A DNA stretch of 55,704 nt from a virus (taxonomy: Duplodnaviria; Caudoviricetes): the IMG/VR virus record IMGVR_UViG_3300041964_000008, positions 1 through 55,704 of that record, one strand, 5' to 3'. A program made the translations under genes and the position numbers. Shown here piece by piece: positions 30,707 through 44,314 of this stretch (within the stretch, counting starts at the first letter, position 1; each line of letters begins with the position of its first letter). The notes under the pieces were generated by a model, which did not search any database, was not told where the DNA came from, and saw only the letters and a list, made by a program, of their open reading frames with translations.

Positions 30707-31399
30707 CTATGCGCCTGGCGGGTCGGTGTTGGCCGTTGCAGCGAAGAGACTGACGACCTCGTCGGGGAACGGCAGGCGTGCCGTGTTGGCAGCTCCAGCA
30801 CCAGGAGATCCATAGAGAATCGCCTCGAGTGCAGCCAGGTCGGCACCATCCACCTTGGTGGAGTCGACGGTAAGCTGGGCCGTGGGCTTGTGCTCGTCGA
30901 CGGACACCGCGGTAGTAGTCAGCTCCCAGCTGAAAGTGATCGCCTCGGGAGAGTCGTTCACCGTGCCGAAGGCCTTCTCCGACGGAGCAGCCTGCGCGCC
31001 GTAGATCAGGTGGAGCTTGTAGCCGAAGTCGGTACCCTCGAGGTCGTTGCCGACCAGCGTCCGGTAGCAAAGACCGAAAGGCACTCGACCCTGCTGACCG
31101 ATGGCCACACCCTCGGCGAGGAAGGCCGTTCCGTCGCAACGGGCGAACTCCTCGGGGTAGGTGAACGCCTCGATGGTGGCACCGAACTCCTCAGCGGAGA
31201 CCAGGTTCAGGTACTTGATGTTGTCGGCATACTGCGCCGAGCTCTCAGCACCAGAAGGTGACTCGGTAACGGTCGTCAGACCATTCCACGGGACACCATT
31301 GCGGTATTCACCCGCGTTGTTCGGGAGGTAGAGGACACCATGGTCTACACCAGTCTCGTAGAGACGTGTGCCGGCCTGGTCCCAGGTAAGCTTAGGCAT
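30707..31399 (-). CDS. Major tail protein
   Basis: YADNIKY, EAFTYPEEF, YKLHLIYG motifs; strongly biased codon usage; position in tail block. Confidence 0.85.
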   Translation of the reverse strand: MPKLTWDQAGTRLYETGVDHGVLYLPNNAGEYRNGVPWNGLTTVTESPSGAESSAQYADNIKYLNLVSAEEFGATIEAFTYPEEFARCDGTAFLAEGVAIGQQGRVPFGLCYRTLVGNDLEGTDFGYKLHLIYGAQAAPSEKAFGTVNDSPEAITFSWELTTTAVSVDEHKPTAQLTVDSTKVDGADLAALEAILYGSPGAGAANTARLPFPDEVVSLFAATANTDPPGA

Positions 31400-31410
31400 T
31401 GTGTTCCTTC

Positions 31411-31629
31411 CTAGAAGTACAGGTTAAAGACGTCGTGGTTCAGGTTGTCCGCCGTAAAGTGTCTATCGAAAGAACACATAGGCAGGCCGGCAATCTTGCC
31501 CGGAATTAGGCTATCTGGATCTAGGTCGATGACCGTTATCTGAAATTTCTTAGTTGTTCTATAAGGTGCATTATCAGCGAACAGCGTTTCAACGTCATCC
31601 CTTGTGTAGATGATGCAGGGATACTGCAT
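31411..31629 (-). CDS. Tail terminator-like protein (5' part disrupted)
   Basis: Upstream NVYYQPP, then YPCIIY...ADN..Y; precedes the major tail gene. Confidence 0.6.
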   Translation of the reverse strand: MQYPCIIYTRDDVETLFADNAPYRTTKKFQITVIDLDPDSLIPGKIAGLPMCSFDRHFTADNLNHDVFNLYF

Positions 31630-31700
31630 GCCGAGGTTGGGAGGTGGTTGATAGTAGACGTTATCCTGAACCGAGAAGCTTCTCTAGTAATATACCTAGC

Positions 31701-32036
31701 TCAAGCCTTCTTTTCAGCGCGTGGTCCATTATAAACACCTCCCAACCTCAGCAGCAGGCGGGGACTTTGCACTTCGACGTCTGAAACCGTCCACAAAGCC
31801 CCCGCCCACTCGATGTAGCGGATGGCAAAGAAATGTAGGTTCGCATAAGCGTCAGCAATTATGCTGATCGAGTTACCGACGGACAGATCGTTATTGAGCT
31901 TTTCACCCTCATCCAATCGACGAGTATTTCGAATGACATCTCCGGTGTATATCTTTTCGGTAATGACATCCTGCCATACTTGAGGAGCGGTTTCCACGTT
32001 CTGTCCATACCCGATAGCGCCGTGGAACTTTGCCAT
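31701..32036 (-). CDS. Head-tail joining (stopper-like) protein
   Basis: Follows the capsid gene; W.V..V...PRL.L..GG.YNG. Confidence 0.6.
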   Translation of the reverse strand: MAKFHGAIGYGQNVETAPQVWQDVITEKIYTGDVIRNTRRLDEGEKLNNDLSVGNSISIIADAYANLHFFAIRYIEWAGALWTVSDVEVQSPRLLLRLGGVYNGPRAEKKA

Positions 32037-32051
32037 CGTAGAACCTTTCTA

Positions 32052-34086
32052 CTACTCGGTGTAGGCGAAGGTCCAGTCCGCGTCGGTGTTGTGCGGGAAG
32101 TTGTAACCCGCAGCCGGCCGAGCCTCGACGTCCGTGGTCTGGTTGATGGTGAACGACTGACCGGACATCTCAGACGGGCTCTGCTCCGTGTAGTACTCGA
32201 CACCAGTCACCGTCGGGAACGTCAGCGTGTTACTGGCTGAGTCAAACGTGGGCGTCACAGGAGTAGCAGTAGTACCCGAGGTACGCTTCACGCAGACAGC
32301 GGACTTCGGCTTGGTCAGAGCACCCGACATACGGGTCTCCATCAGGTACTTGTACTGGTTGTAGTCGATGTCGAAGTCGTCGAACATCGCCAGAGCGCCA
32401 CCGCGGTCAGCGCCGACGGTGTAGTCCGCCATGTTGACGATGACGCCCAGCAGATCGGGCGTGTCCTTCCATGATCTCGACGACGACGATGCTGCCGACG
32501 CGAAGTGCCGCGGCAAGCTCGACCTCGGTGTTGTACAGACGCCGGCCCATCTTGTCCTTCAGCAGGATCATGTCCGTGAGGACGTCATCCGTGGTGTAGA
32601 ACTTGGGAACACCGGTGCCCTTGTAGTGCTTGCGCGCGCGAAGAACTGACTCGATGATCCCATCGGGCGTGATGCCGGTGGGAACCGTGACGGGGTGGGT
32701 GTACATCTCGTGGTCCCAAGCGATGGGGCGGATCTTGTCCTCATCGATCTTGTCCTCGTCGTCAGGCTCGCGGCCATCGCCAACGAGCACTGCCCGCGCG
32801 ATTTCCTCTTCGAGCATGAAGCGCATCTCCCACTTCAGCCACGCGACGACGTCCAGGTCGGTGATGTCGACGATGTCGTCCCGGTCCAGCTTCTGCTTCT
32901 TGTAGATGGTGGTCGGAGTCGTCACCCGCTTCAGGAGCTTGATGATCTCGTCCTTCTTCAGGTTACCCTTGACGTAACCCTTTGCACGGGCCTCGTCAGC
33001 GGTCAGGTCGGCCGCGAGCGACTTGATGCGCGAGAACGGCGAGTGCTTCGCACCGTCCAGGATGGCCTTGACCCACTCGGTACGACGAGCGATCAGGTCG
33101 GGCTGGCTGGTAACGGACTTGGCGTCCGGGAACAGCATGTCGATGTCCTCGATGCCATACTCCGCCGCGTGCTGCAGGAGCGACTCCTTGAAGGAACCGA
33201 TCTTCTGAGCATCGGCGACGACGGCCTGCATCTGGTCATGGGAGAGCGTCGGGCCGGCGTCAGCCTTGGCGCCGTTCTGCTCGAAGACGTTACGTGACAT
33301 GTCGGTAGAACCTTCCTGGTGGTTGAGGTCGCCCTCATCGTTAGTTTCGTTAGCGGACTCGTCCGGAGACTCATCGTTGGACGCATCTTCGGACGTCTGG
33401 TCTTCGTGCTTGACCTCGTCCTTTTCCTCGACATTAGTTGTGTCTTCGTGCTTAACATCTTCGGCAGCGACCTCAAGTGCGGCGCCGATCATAAAGTGAA
33501 CAACCTCCTTCTGCTCTGGAGTGAAGGAGTCGTAGACGTCTTGGACAGTCTTGTCCTCGGCGACCGCATGCTCGACGGTCTCCTCATCAGGAGCTTCCGT
33601 CTCATCTTCAGAGAATGCTGAGTGCTCCAGCTCCAGAGCAAGACCTGTGGTGATGATGGCTTCATCCTCTAGGTCGTCGACAGAACCATCCGAGTGACGG
33701 ATAGCTACGAAGTCAATCTTTGCCTCGGGATTTGCGCCGGCGAGAACCAGGCTGACCTCACGAATAGCTCCGTGAAAGACCTGCTTAGCTCGCTCGATAA
33801 GCTGGTTGGCATAGATCGACAGCATTGTGATGTCGCCATGCTCAACCAGGAGCTTGCTGTCCTGACCCTGAACCGTGTCGTTGAAGTATCCGTAGGTGTA
33901 AACACCATCGGGACGAGCTTCGAGAACGGCGTGGCCAAGAACATTCTTGGGATCGGTGTGGCCATGCTGCCAGACAAGCGGCACCGTCATCTTGTCCTGA
34001 TGCTTGAAGGCATCGGGCATGATGGTCCGACCGTCGGTGCACTTGAGACCAGCCTTGGTGGCGTACCCACTGAAATCGGGTTCCAT
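32052..34086 (-). CDS. Prohead protease-scaffold-major capsid fusion (HK97 fold), frameshift near 32460
   Basis: FSGYA, PLVWQH, EVSLV..GANP.A protease motifs; acidic linker; capsid segment continuing into KYLMETRMSGAL. Confidence 0.88.
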
Positions 34087-34112
34087 TTTGACTGTTTCCC
34101 TTCTTTTTAGTG

Positions 34113-34757
34113 TCAACGGCCTGCTGGCGCCGACTTGGACTTCTTACTAGCTGTCTTTCGAGCATCTTCAAGAGCTTCTTGAATCTTCTCTCGAACATCA
34201 GCAATCTGCTTCTGAAGAGCGACAAGTTCCTTGGCAGGGGGCTTGTCTTTGTTCTTCTTTCGGTACTCTTCAGCTCGCTTAGCAGCTTCCTTCTTCTGCT
34301 TAGGAGACAACTTGTCGTTCTTAGCGTCCGCTTTGTCCTTCTTGTTAGCGGCTTCTTCCTTTGGGTCGATGCCACTTCGAAGCTTTGCGGCTTCAACTAG
34401 ACCGGCAAGGTGTTCCTTTAGCTTGTCAAGGCGTCCCTCTAGGGCTGCTACCTGGGCCTTAATGGCCTCGCTGCCTGCCGAAGATGCTCCTGAGGACCCT
34501 TTTGGTCCACCACCAGCTTGTCCGCCTCCACCGCCTGATCCGGAGGGGCTATCGCCTCCGCCGGATCGTCTACCCTTTAGCCGACGAGTCCTCAAGTAAT
34601 ACTCTCGGGCCTTTGCCGGATCGTAGTCTGCACCGTGAAGGAGCGGCGAGTCGTCGGGGGCGGTTAACTCTCGATAGAACCGACGAGCGTCTTCTAAATC
34701 ATAGAGTTGTCCATGTAGAAGAGCTGAATCATCAGGCACTGACGTCTTCATCTGCAT
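34113..34757 (-). CDS. Head-region protein with LLH motifs, Gly-rich linker and Lys-rich coiled coil
   Basis: Between portal and capsid; LLHG occurs twice; YDPAKAREYY. Confidence 0.7.
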   Translation of the reverse strand: MQMKTSVPDDSALLHGQLYDLEDARRFYRELTAPDDSPLLHGADYDPAKAREYYLRTRRLKGRRSGGGDSPSGSGGGGGQAGGGPKGSSGASSAGSEAIKAQVAALEGRLDKLKEHLAGLVEAAKLRSGIDPKEEAANKKDKADAKNDKLSPKQKKEAAKRAEEYRKKNKDKPPAKELVALQKQIADVREKIQEALEDARKTASKKSKSAPAGR

Positions 34758-36048
34758 CTTCTTCCACCCCCAGGTCCTTAAAGACACTGTCGAGGGTTTC
34801 GTTTATGCCGGCGAAAGCGTCATCAGTAGCGCCCGTGTCTTCAACAACAGGAGCAGCTTCAGTAAGTGCCTGAGGCATGTTGCTGTTGACCAGTTGATCC
34901 GCCTTCGGATCGGCTGAAGGCTTCATGCCAATGAATCCTCTGAACTCATTGGAACTGACGATCTCGTTTCGAGTGAACTTGTCCGCGAGCTCTGCCAACT
35001 CACTCATAGGAACGAGCTTGAAGGGATCACGGAAGTATTCAATAGATTGTCCTTGTGTGCGACCCGTCTTTGTAAGGAATCGCCGCTTCATTGCTTCCGC
35101 AATCGCACCTAGAACAGGTTCGATCGTGCGGTTAATATAGTTAAGCATGGCCTTCTCATCAGCTGTGCCATTCATGACTTCAGCAGTGATGCCCAGTTGG
35201 CCATATAGCATCTGGGTAAGATAGTCGACCTGCTTGAGCAGATTGTTCTCAGCAGGACGGTTCAGCTGAGTGATCTTCTCGGTTCCATCTGTGTAGGCAA
35301 TGCCGTACTGGCTTCCCTTGAGTTGGAACTCGATGTCCTTCCTACGCTTCTCAGCCTGCTGAGCACGAGCTTCAGACTTGATGACGTATGGAAGCTGAAT
35401 GATCATGTCGAGCTTGCCTGAACTGGAGGCTTCATCGACAGAGTCCAAGAGGTTAAGCTTGCGAATTAGTCGCTGTAGCGTCGAGTTCGGTTCGTTCATC
35501 ACCGAATATAGCGGGTTCTCGATGATTGCTACTTGCTTCTTCTCAAGCAGAACGTCCTCACGACGACCCGTTTGATCGTTGTAGATGCTGACTCGCACGT
35601 GCGCGGGGAACCATTGCACAATGTCACCGACACGCATCGTCAGAATATCGTAGCCTCCTGTGACTTGCGGATCGAGATCCGTGTCCACAGGAACCAAGGC
35701 GATAACACCCTTATCGAAAAGAGTCATAGCTGCATCTTGACGAAATGCTCGAGCTGCTTGGTCGATGTTGGCTTCGATAGTTAGACAGTTCTGAAGGCCA
35801 CTATCGATGTCCTCCTTGTATCGACCTTCATCATCTAGGCGAACATGTCGAATGTCGACCGCAGCAACATCCACACTGAGTCTTGTGTAGATCGAGGATA
35901 TGATGGAACGTTCGTTTGATAGATGAAGTCGAACACGATCAGGTCGTCCGGCGTAAGCATGCCCGAAGTCCGGAACATAATGCATTCGTTCAACAGGTGT
36001 ATCTAGAAACGCGTTCCAACCGTGCTTCAGTCGACCGAGAACACCCAT
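34732..36048 (-). CDS. Portal protein
   Basis: 438 aa, between TerL and the protease-capsid; NE.R near the C-terminus. Confidence 0.88.
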   Translation of the reverse strand: MGVLGRLKHGWNAFLDTPVERMHYVPDFGHAYAGRPDRVRLHLSNERSIISSIYTRLSVDVAAVDIRHVRLDDEGRYKEDIDSGLQNCLTIEANIDQAARAFRQDAAMTLFDKGVIALVPVDTDLDPQVTGGYDILTMRVGDIVQWFPAHVRVSIYNDQTGRREDVLLEKKQVAIIENPLYSVMNEPNSTLQRLIRKLNLLDSVDEASSSGKLDMIIQLPYVIKSEARAQQAEKRRKDIEFQLKGSQYGIAYTDGTEKITQLNRPAENNLLKQVDYLTQMLYGQLGITAEVMNGTADEKAMLNYINRTIEPVLGAIAEAMKRRFLTKTGRTQGQSIEYFRDPFKLVPMSELAELADKFTRNEIVSSNEFRGFIGMKPSADPKADQLVNSNMPQALTEAAPVVEDTGATDDAFAGINETLDSVFKDLGVEEDADEDVSA

Positions 36049-36080
36049 AAGTCACCTCCTTCGCTGTTGAATATGAGTGA

Positions 36081-36476
36081 TCAGTCTCGAGGATCGGTGA
36101 TCGTTCCCGAGAGAGGACTGTTTGGGCTGGTGTTGATCAACCGTGCGTCCCCGGTTCGATCCGTAGTTGTCATTGGAAATGCTCGAGTGAGTCCGCTGAC
36201 TACCATTCCGCCAACAGGTCCCGCTAGCATGGAAGCTGCGATGGTTGCACCGACGCCAACAAAAGCCGCGGCTGCTACCTTTTGATTCCTCGTGAAGCTC
36301 CGAGGCGTTGAAGTCTTCTTCTTCTTAGCACTAGACGACGAAGTTGAAGTCTTGTTGGTGACGCCCCACTTCATACCCTTTTTTCCAAAGTGTTCCAGTA
36401 CTTCTCCGGGAGAAGATGGCTTATCGAAAGTAGTCATGTAAGAAGCCTCCTTTCCTGATTGAATATAAGTCATCAC
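36081..36476 (-). CDS. LEH-FGKKGMKWG protein
   Basis: Motif shared with 36473-36835 and 38592-39200; start may be the second Met. Confidence 0.75.
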   Translation of the reverse strand: MMTYIQSGKEASYMTTFDKPSSPGEVLEHFGKKGMKWGVTNKTSTSSSSAKKKKTSTPRSFTRNQKVAAAAFVGVGATIAASMLAGPVGGMVVSGLTRAFPMTTTDRTGDARLINTSPNSPLSGTITDPRD

Positions 36477-36835
36477 TTGCTCCGATAGCTGGTTAGTCTA
36501 GCGTTATCAGCTGCCAATTCACTAGTAATAGCAGCTGCCTCACTACTGATTCTATCCAGCCTAGCTTCATTCTCACGAAACGTTGTGGTAACCGGAAGCG
36601 AGTTAACTGCTTTTGTGATTCCGGATACCAACATGTCACCTAGTGGACCCGCCACCATAGCTGCTGCGACGGTGGCTCCTATACCAACAGCCGCTGCGAC
36701 CTTTTGATTCTTCGTGAAACGAGCGGGTGTTGCTTTCGTCTTTGCTGATGAACCGGAAGATGAAGTATCGTTTCGAACACCCCACTTCATGCCTTTTGTA
36801 CCGAAGTGTGAAAGAACCTCTTCGGAAGTGCTCAT
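36473..36835 (-). CDS. LSH-FGTKGMKWG protein (tandem paralog)
   Basis: FTKNQKVAAAVGIGATVAAAMVAGPLG resembles the neighbouring gene. Confidence 0.75.
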   Translation of the reverse strand: MSTSEEVLSHFGTKGMKWGVRNDTSSSGSSAKTKATPARFTKNQKVAAAVGIGATVAAAMVAGPLGDMLVSGITKAVNSLPVTTTFRENEARLDRISSEAAAITSELAADNARLTSYRSK

Positions 36836-38577
36836 TCGAACAACTCCTTGTTTGCCTTGTAAGCAATATAAGCATCCATTAGAGCGGCGACGTTGTCGAT
36901 CTTCTCGTCTTGTCGCTTCTTTAGGAGCTTACGGTTGCCGTTGGTGTCTTCGAGAGTGATCGCATTACCCATTGTGAAGGACATTAGATCCTGATCGAAA
37001 ATAAGCATTCTCTGCTCACTCAAGATCTTAAGCTCTCCAAGAGGAACTGATTCGGTTCGAGCACCTTGAATGACCTTCTCGATTCCAAAGGGACCATTCT
37101 CGGCTTCCCAACGAGCAACGAACTCTTTCGCGTTGTAAGGGTCGAAACCGAACGCTCGGACGTCGTACTCCTCGGCAATGATGTGTTGATCTAGATCTTC
37201 ATAGACCTGCATCATGTCGAGAACTGTTCCGGTTAGCACATGCAAGCTTCCTTCTCGAACAAAGGTGTCATACTTGTGCCGCATAGCTCCAGGAAGCTTC
37301 ATAAGCGTAAGCTCGGTTATGTAACTTCGAGTCTTTACACCAAATCGTCCATTTCGAAGCGGGAACAAGAATGTGAATGCGCAGAAGTCATCACCTTGTG
37401 AGAGGTCTGCTCCAAGAGCACATGGCATCTGCCAGAACTTCTGAGGTCGATGTGGAATGGTCTCCTCATAGGTGAAGAAGTACGTGTAACCCTCCATCGG
37501 AATGCCAAATCTCTTAGCAAGAATGTCATTCCGTGAAGCAGGCGCTTTCTCTGCTCTTTCAACGTCCAAATGATAAGTCTGATACGAAACAGTGCGGCCG
37601 AGATTGGGATTTGCTTTAATCCATGTCGACGGATCAGCCACTTCCTCAACTTCATCCAGCTTATAGTGCCAGATCGAGATGTGAGGTGCTGTATACTCGC
37701 CTTTAAGTATTGTAGCTAGTTCCATTTTGATGGTATCGCCACTACCGTTTCGAACCGTTCCTTCAGAGCTAATTGCGACGATCAGATAGTCGTCTAGCTT
37801 CGAAGCTCCTTGCTCAATTGCACCGACAACATCCTCTCGAATGTCGCCGGACAACCATTCATCAATAGTTGACACTTTAGGGCGAAGGCCCTGTAGTTTA
37901 TTAATAGCCATAGGTCGCACTTCGAGCAACGAACCAGTAAGAAAGTTCTCGATGCCCTTCTTTGTTGAGGCAAGCTTCTGCCTCATGAACCGATTGCCGG
38001 TTGTGTTCTGCATGGATCCCTCGGTTAAGAATGCAAAGAGGGGGCCACGGGCTCTTGTGATCGCTGTCCTAAAGGGGGACATGACCTCATCGGCCTGCTT
38101 CATGGTTGGTGCGGTTGTGATCTGGTGCGTGGTCGAGGTGTCGACGTTCAGAAAGTAGCTCTGAATGCATTCGGCATACATCGACTTAGCTGCCCCTCGG
38201 GCGACGATCAAGTATTGCTTGGTCGTTAGCCTCTTCTTGATCTTTCGGGTGACGTATCGACCACCGTGACCATCTGGGAAGGGCTCATACACACTTCGTT
38301 CAACGAAGTAGTACCATCCAAAGATCTGTTCAGCCCAGAGTTTGAATGTTGGAAGCAGATGAAGATCACCGCCGTCCGTGAGAGTTAATTCTCTCTCGCA
38401 ATAGAGAATGAAGCCCTCTACCTTGAGATCATCGTAGTAGACGTTCGGGTTGGTAATGAGTGAATCGATGCGATTCATCTCCAACGCAACTTCCCGACAT
38501 ACAGGAATGTCACCCCGAAGCACCGCCTCGCGAAACTGACCATAGTAGATCGGAATCGCTTTGTTCGATAGACTCAT
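36832..38577 (-). CDS. terL: Terminase large subunit
   Basis: VARGAAKS Walker A, TIDE Walker B, GADLS nuclease motif, KIDN.AA. Confidence 0.93.
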   Translation of the reverse strand: MSLSNKAIPIYYGQFREAVLRGDIPVCREVALEMNRIDSLITNPNVYYDDLKVEGFILYCERELTLTDGGDLHLLPTFKLWAEQIFGWYYFVERSVYEPFPDGHGGRYVTRKIKKRLTTKQYLIVARGAAKSMYAECIQSYFLNVDTSTTHQITTAPTMKQADEVMSPFRTAITRARGPLFAFLTEGSMQNTTGNRFMRQKLASTKKGIENFLTGSLLEVRPMAINKLQGLRPKVSTIDEWLSGDIREDVVGAIEQGASKLDDYLIVAISSEGTVRNGSGDTIKMELATILKGEYTAPHISIWHYKLDEVEEVADPSTWIKANPNLGRTVSYQTYHLDVERAEKAPASRNDILAKRFGIPMEGYTYFFTYEETIPHRPQKFWQMPCALGADLSQGDDFCAFTFLFPLRNGRFGVKTRSYITELTLMKLPGAMRHKYDTFVREGSLHVLTGTVLDMMQVYEDLDQHIIAEEYDVRAFGFDPYNAKEFVARWEAENGPFGIEKVIQGARTESVPLGELKILSEQRMLIFDQDLMSFTMGNAITLEDTNGNRKLLKKRQDEKIDNVAALMDAYIAYKANKELFE

Positions 38578-38591
38578 ACCAACCCTCCTAT

Positions 38592-39200
38592 CTATTTGCC
38601 TTCAGGTTTCTTCTCGTCGTCCTTCTTGCCAGGTGTGATACGCTCTCCGACTTTCATCAGATGCTTATCTCCACTAGCTTTGAGCAATTGCTCTACTCTT
38701 AGAGCCGCAGAACCCTTTGACACTCTCTTGACTTCAGCTTGTCCGATCTCAGACAAGAGATCGAAGGCAAACTTCTTTGCCTTTTCTTTCTTAGATAGGA
38801 TCTTCGGAGGAGCTGACTTTGCTATAGCGTCAGAATACTTCCGCTCCATGTCCATTCGATCAACCAGAGCTTTCATATCAGCATTAGACAATGAAGAAGC
38901 CGGCTTCGCGCGCAAGGCAGCAGCTGTCTTGAAGTCCGTGGACGGACTGTCACTGTCGTCCATGTGCTTCTTCGCTGATGCAAGCTGCGCTCGAACATGA
39001 GCTTCTTCACTCTTGCTGCCGCGAAACACTCCGGTTTCAGTGTTAACCTGAAGCTTCGACGGGTCGTACTTGACTTGGTACTTCTCGCCGGTCTTAGGAT
39101 TGACCACCGAAAACGAACTCGTACGGTTACGATCCTTACGAATACCCCACTTCATACCCTTGACTCCGGCATGCTCAAGTAGAGCTTCAACTGCGTCCAT
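38592..39200 (-). CDS. LEH-AGVKGMKWG protein
   Basis: N-terminal motif; LSN.D......R...E..Y segment. Confidence 0.8.
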   Translation of the reverse strand: MDAVEALLEHAGVKGMKWGIRKDRNRTSSFSVVNPKTGEKYQVKYDPSKLQVNTETGVFRGSKSEEAHVRAQLASAKKHMDDSDSPSTDFKTAAALRAKPASSLSNADMKALVDRMDMERKYSDAIAKSAPPKILSKKEKAKKFAFDLLSEIGQAEVKRVSKGSAALRVEQLLKASGDKHLMKVGERITPGKKDDEKKPEGK

Positions 39201-39222
39201 GTGTCCTCCTTTCAGTACCTAG

Positions 39223-40288
39223 TTAAGCTGCTGGAAAATCAAATACCTTAGCCCAACCGGTTGTGGACTTGGCGGCTTGAATGCTTAAACTGTACCCTTC
39301 AAGCAAAGTACTGAAAGTAAACCCATAATACAGTTGACCTGGAGTTGCGCCAACTCCACCAGTCGAACGTCCAGTTACTAATCCTTGAGTATGGATAGCA
39401 ACTATCCACAAAGTTTGTCCTGCGGTTACTATAAGCGGTGTATTCAGCAAAGCTTGTTGCCAACCAACACCATCAGCTGCTAGATCAGCATAAGCTAACC
39501 AGTTAGGAGCTGGAGCATTAATATGTGTTGGCTTTTGCAAGGTGAAACCATAACGACCAGCATACCCGGTAAACCCTTGAAAATGAGCTCGAATGTGCGT
39601 GTATGTATCTGCCTCTTGAACCGTATACTGTTGAGCAACGTACTGGTTAATGTGAGATGTTGAGTTATTACTTGGTCCACCCATGTAGGCAAAGGCTAGA
39701 GATCCCGGTACAACGCCAGCTACAGGAGCAGGAGACAATGCTTCCCACAAAGCTCCAGCATGAACCACGGTTGATCCAGCCGGATAAGACTGAGTAGATA
39801 CCCATGCGCCTTTATAGTTGGTTGAACCAAGACCGCCTGATCCAGCGGGACCTGCAGGACCAGTGGCTCCAACAGGACCGATAGAACCGGCAGGACCGGC
39901 TGATCCTTGTGCGCCCGCGGGACCTGCAGGACCTATAGAACCGGCTGGACCAGGAACAGTTGAGTCAGCTCCTGTTGGTCCAGGTGGTCCATCTGCTCCA
40001 GGAGGACCTTCTGGACCTTCCGCACCATCGACTCCATCAGTTCCAGGCAGGACCTATCGGACCTTGCGGTCCTGGCATTCCTTGAGCTCCGGTTGCTCCC
40101 GGATCTCCTTGAGCGCCTTTACCCTTAGGACCTACAGGACCTTGAGGACCAGGAGGTCCTGCAGGACCAACAACTCCATCTGCACCTGGGGTACCAGGAG
40201 ATCCATCATCTCCAGGCTCTCCCTTCTCGCCAGACTCTCCCTTCTCTCCCTCTGGGCCACGAATATTGGCGATGTATTGTTTCGTCAC
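39223..40288 (-). CDS. Collagen-like fibre protein with C-terminal beta domain (frameshift near 40050)
   Basis: G-X-Y repeats, then YKGAW and the globular ORF 39223-39768. Confidence 0.65.
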
Positions 40289-40743
40289 AGCTTCCTCCAA
40301 ACGTGGCCGCTAACAGGATCGAAACCAACGTCTCCGGGTCGAGCGTCGGCAGGAAATGAATCGCGATCGTTGATCTCCCACCAAAAGGACTCAGTACCAG
40401 CTCCGACGAAGCGATCGTTCTCTACAGTCAATCGCCATTCAAGCTCCTTGACTTGCTCAGTCAAAGCCGTGATGAGATATGATGTAGTCGGAGGATCGAA
40501 GAGAAGCCGCACTCGAAGATAGACATACGTCTTCACAGCGTTGTATCGAGGATCTGTTCCCAGAAAGTCGACCCACTTGGCTTCAGCATCCTCAATCATG
40601 AATCCTTCAGCAGGACCGATACCAAGCTGGTGCAAAGTGAAGAACACCGAGTTGATATGAGTCATGATATCGAGATCAAAAGCCGTATAGCCGGCATCGA
40701 TTCCGAGGATCTTCTTTGTACTCTCAAGAATGCTGTCGGTCAT
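40285..40743 (-). CDS. Head-tail adaptor-like protein
   Basis: SIL.S.KK.LG...VKTYVYL.VRL.FDPP...ELEWRL. Confidence 0.65.
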   Translation of the reverse strand: MTDSILESTKKILGIDAGYTAFDLDIMTHINSVFFTLHQLGIGPAEGFMIEDAEAKWVDFLGTDPRYNAVKTYVYLRVRLLFDPPTTSYLITALTEQVKELEWRLTVENDRFVGAGTESFWWEINDRDSFPADARPGDVGFDPVSGHVWRKL

Positions 40744-40781
40744 AGTGGATCACCTTCTTTCCTAGTTGAATAAAGAGTTAA

Positions 40782-43162
<2,381 letters not shown>

Positions 43163-43166
<4 letters not shown>

Positions 43167-43522
43167 GTCAATCCTCCTGAGGTGATCACCGGATGAAGAG
43201 TCAGATAACCATGAAGAACTTGTATGGCCTTGGCATCGGTATTACCTGGATCTGAAATGATCAAGTCGTAGTAGCCGATCTTAAGCAGACGAGTCTGAGC
43301 TCCTGTCAAGTACCAAGATATGATGATGTCATCATTATCGAAGGACGTAACAAGGTGAGGAGTGAAGTCATACTTAAGCCGGCTACCAGAGTCCTCCGAT
43401 ACACGGATGTGCATTCGGGCCTCAAAGTCCTCTAGCTCTGCCCAGATATGCTTACCGTTGACGATGCGGACGCGCCTACTGAACGGCAGTCCAGCTTTCA
43501 CGTCAAGTTGTACGGAGGACAT
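43163..43522 (-). CDS. Hypothetical virion-associated protein
   Basis: YYDL...VL.G C-terminus; precedes the fibre gene. Confidence 0.65.
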
Positions 43523-43534
43523 GGTACCTCTCTC

Positions 43535-44161
43535 TCAGGACTTTCGTTCGATGACCCTTCGAACTACACGCAGTCGACGCATGTAGGTCTCGGCCAGATT
43601 GTCACGGTGATTCTGCCGGGCCTTCCTTACCATTCTCTCGAGCTTCTCTTCCCACGATCGAAGCTGATGCATAGTGGCGTCTTCCGCGCGCGTGCGCGTA
43701 GCCTTGCGTTCCTTCTCTTCTGCAGTCAGAGGAACGGCTCGAGCTCCATCAAGGAAGGGGATGTTCTGCTCGTTGAGCTCGCTGGCCCATCCGAGAATAC
43801 GATGTCCCCACTGTTCCTCATAGAATGAACCAGAGACTCGATCGATACGACCGTCACCATACTTGTCATTGGTGAATGTCAGGTGTATACCGTTCTTAGT
43901 GCGTCCACCCTTGAGGAAGATATGACCGTAGGGATTGGATCCCTGAGAGAAGACTGGTGCTCCGAAGGGAACAGCATCCCACCCCTCGAACGAATGCTTC
44001 TCATCGTTCGCATCCCAAGCGTCATCCGCTGACATGTAGAACGAATTGAGCTCGAGGTGACCGCGAGTGTCCTTCAGGCAGTAGCCTGCTCCGTTGGATG
44101 AGTTGTCTCGAACTCTACGAAGAGCATTGTCCACAGCTTCTCGTGCAGATGAAGCTACCAT
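43535..44161 (-). CDS. CHAP/NlpC-like Cys-His peptidase (endolysin candidate)
   Basis: GYCL...SA.DAW...GAPVF...YGHI...LGW. Confidence 0.7.
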   Translation of the reverse strand: MVASSAREAVDNALRRVRDNSSNGAGYCLKDTRGHLELNSFYMSADDAWDANDEKHSFEGWDAVPFGAPVFSQGSNPYGHIFLKGGRTKNGIHLTFTNDKYGDGRIDRVSGSFYEEQWGHRILGWASELNEQNIPFLDGARAVPLTAEEKERKATRTRAEDATMHQLRSWEEKLERMVRKARQNHRDNLAETYMRRLRVVRRVIERKS

Positions 44162-44304
44162 CAGTTCTCCTCCTCGTCAGACTCGATTTCAAGGTCGTCC
44201 TGACGGTCATCGTCAGTGTCACTGACCTCAGAATCGTCGACAGTCGTGTCGTTGTCGTTGTTAGGGTCGAAGTCTTCCTCGTCCGCTGGGTACTCGTCTG
44301 GCAT
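44161..44304 (-). CDS. Very acidic small protein
   Basis: GAAAGGA RBS; D/E-rich; coupled to the next gene. Confidence 0.6.
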   Translation of the reverse strand: MPDEYPADEEDFDPNNDNDTTVDDSEVSDTDDDRQDDLEIESDEEEN

Positions 44305-44314
44305 GTCAGTCCTT

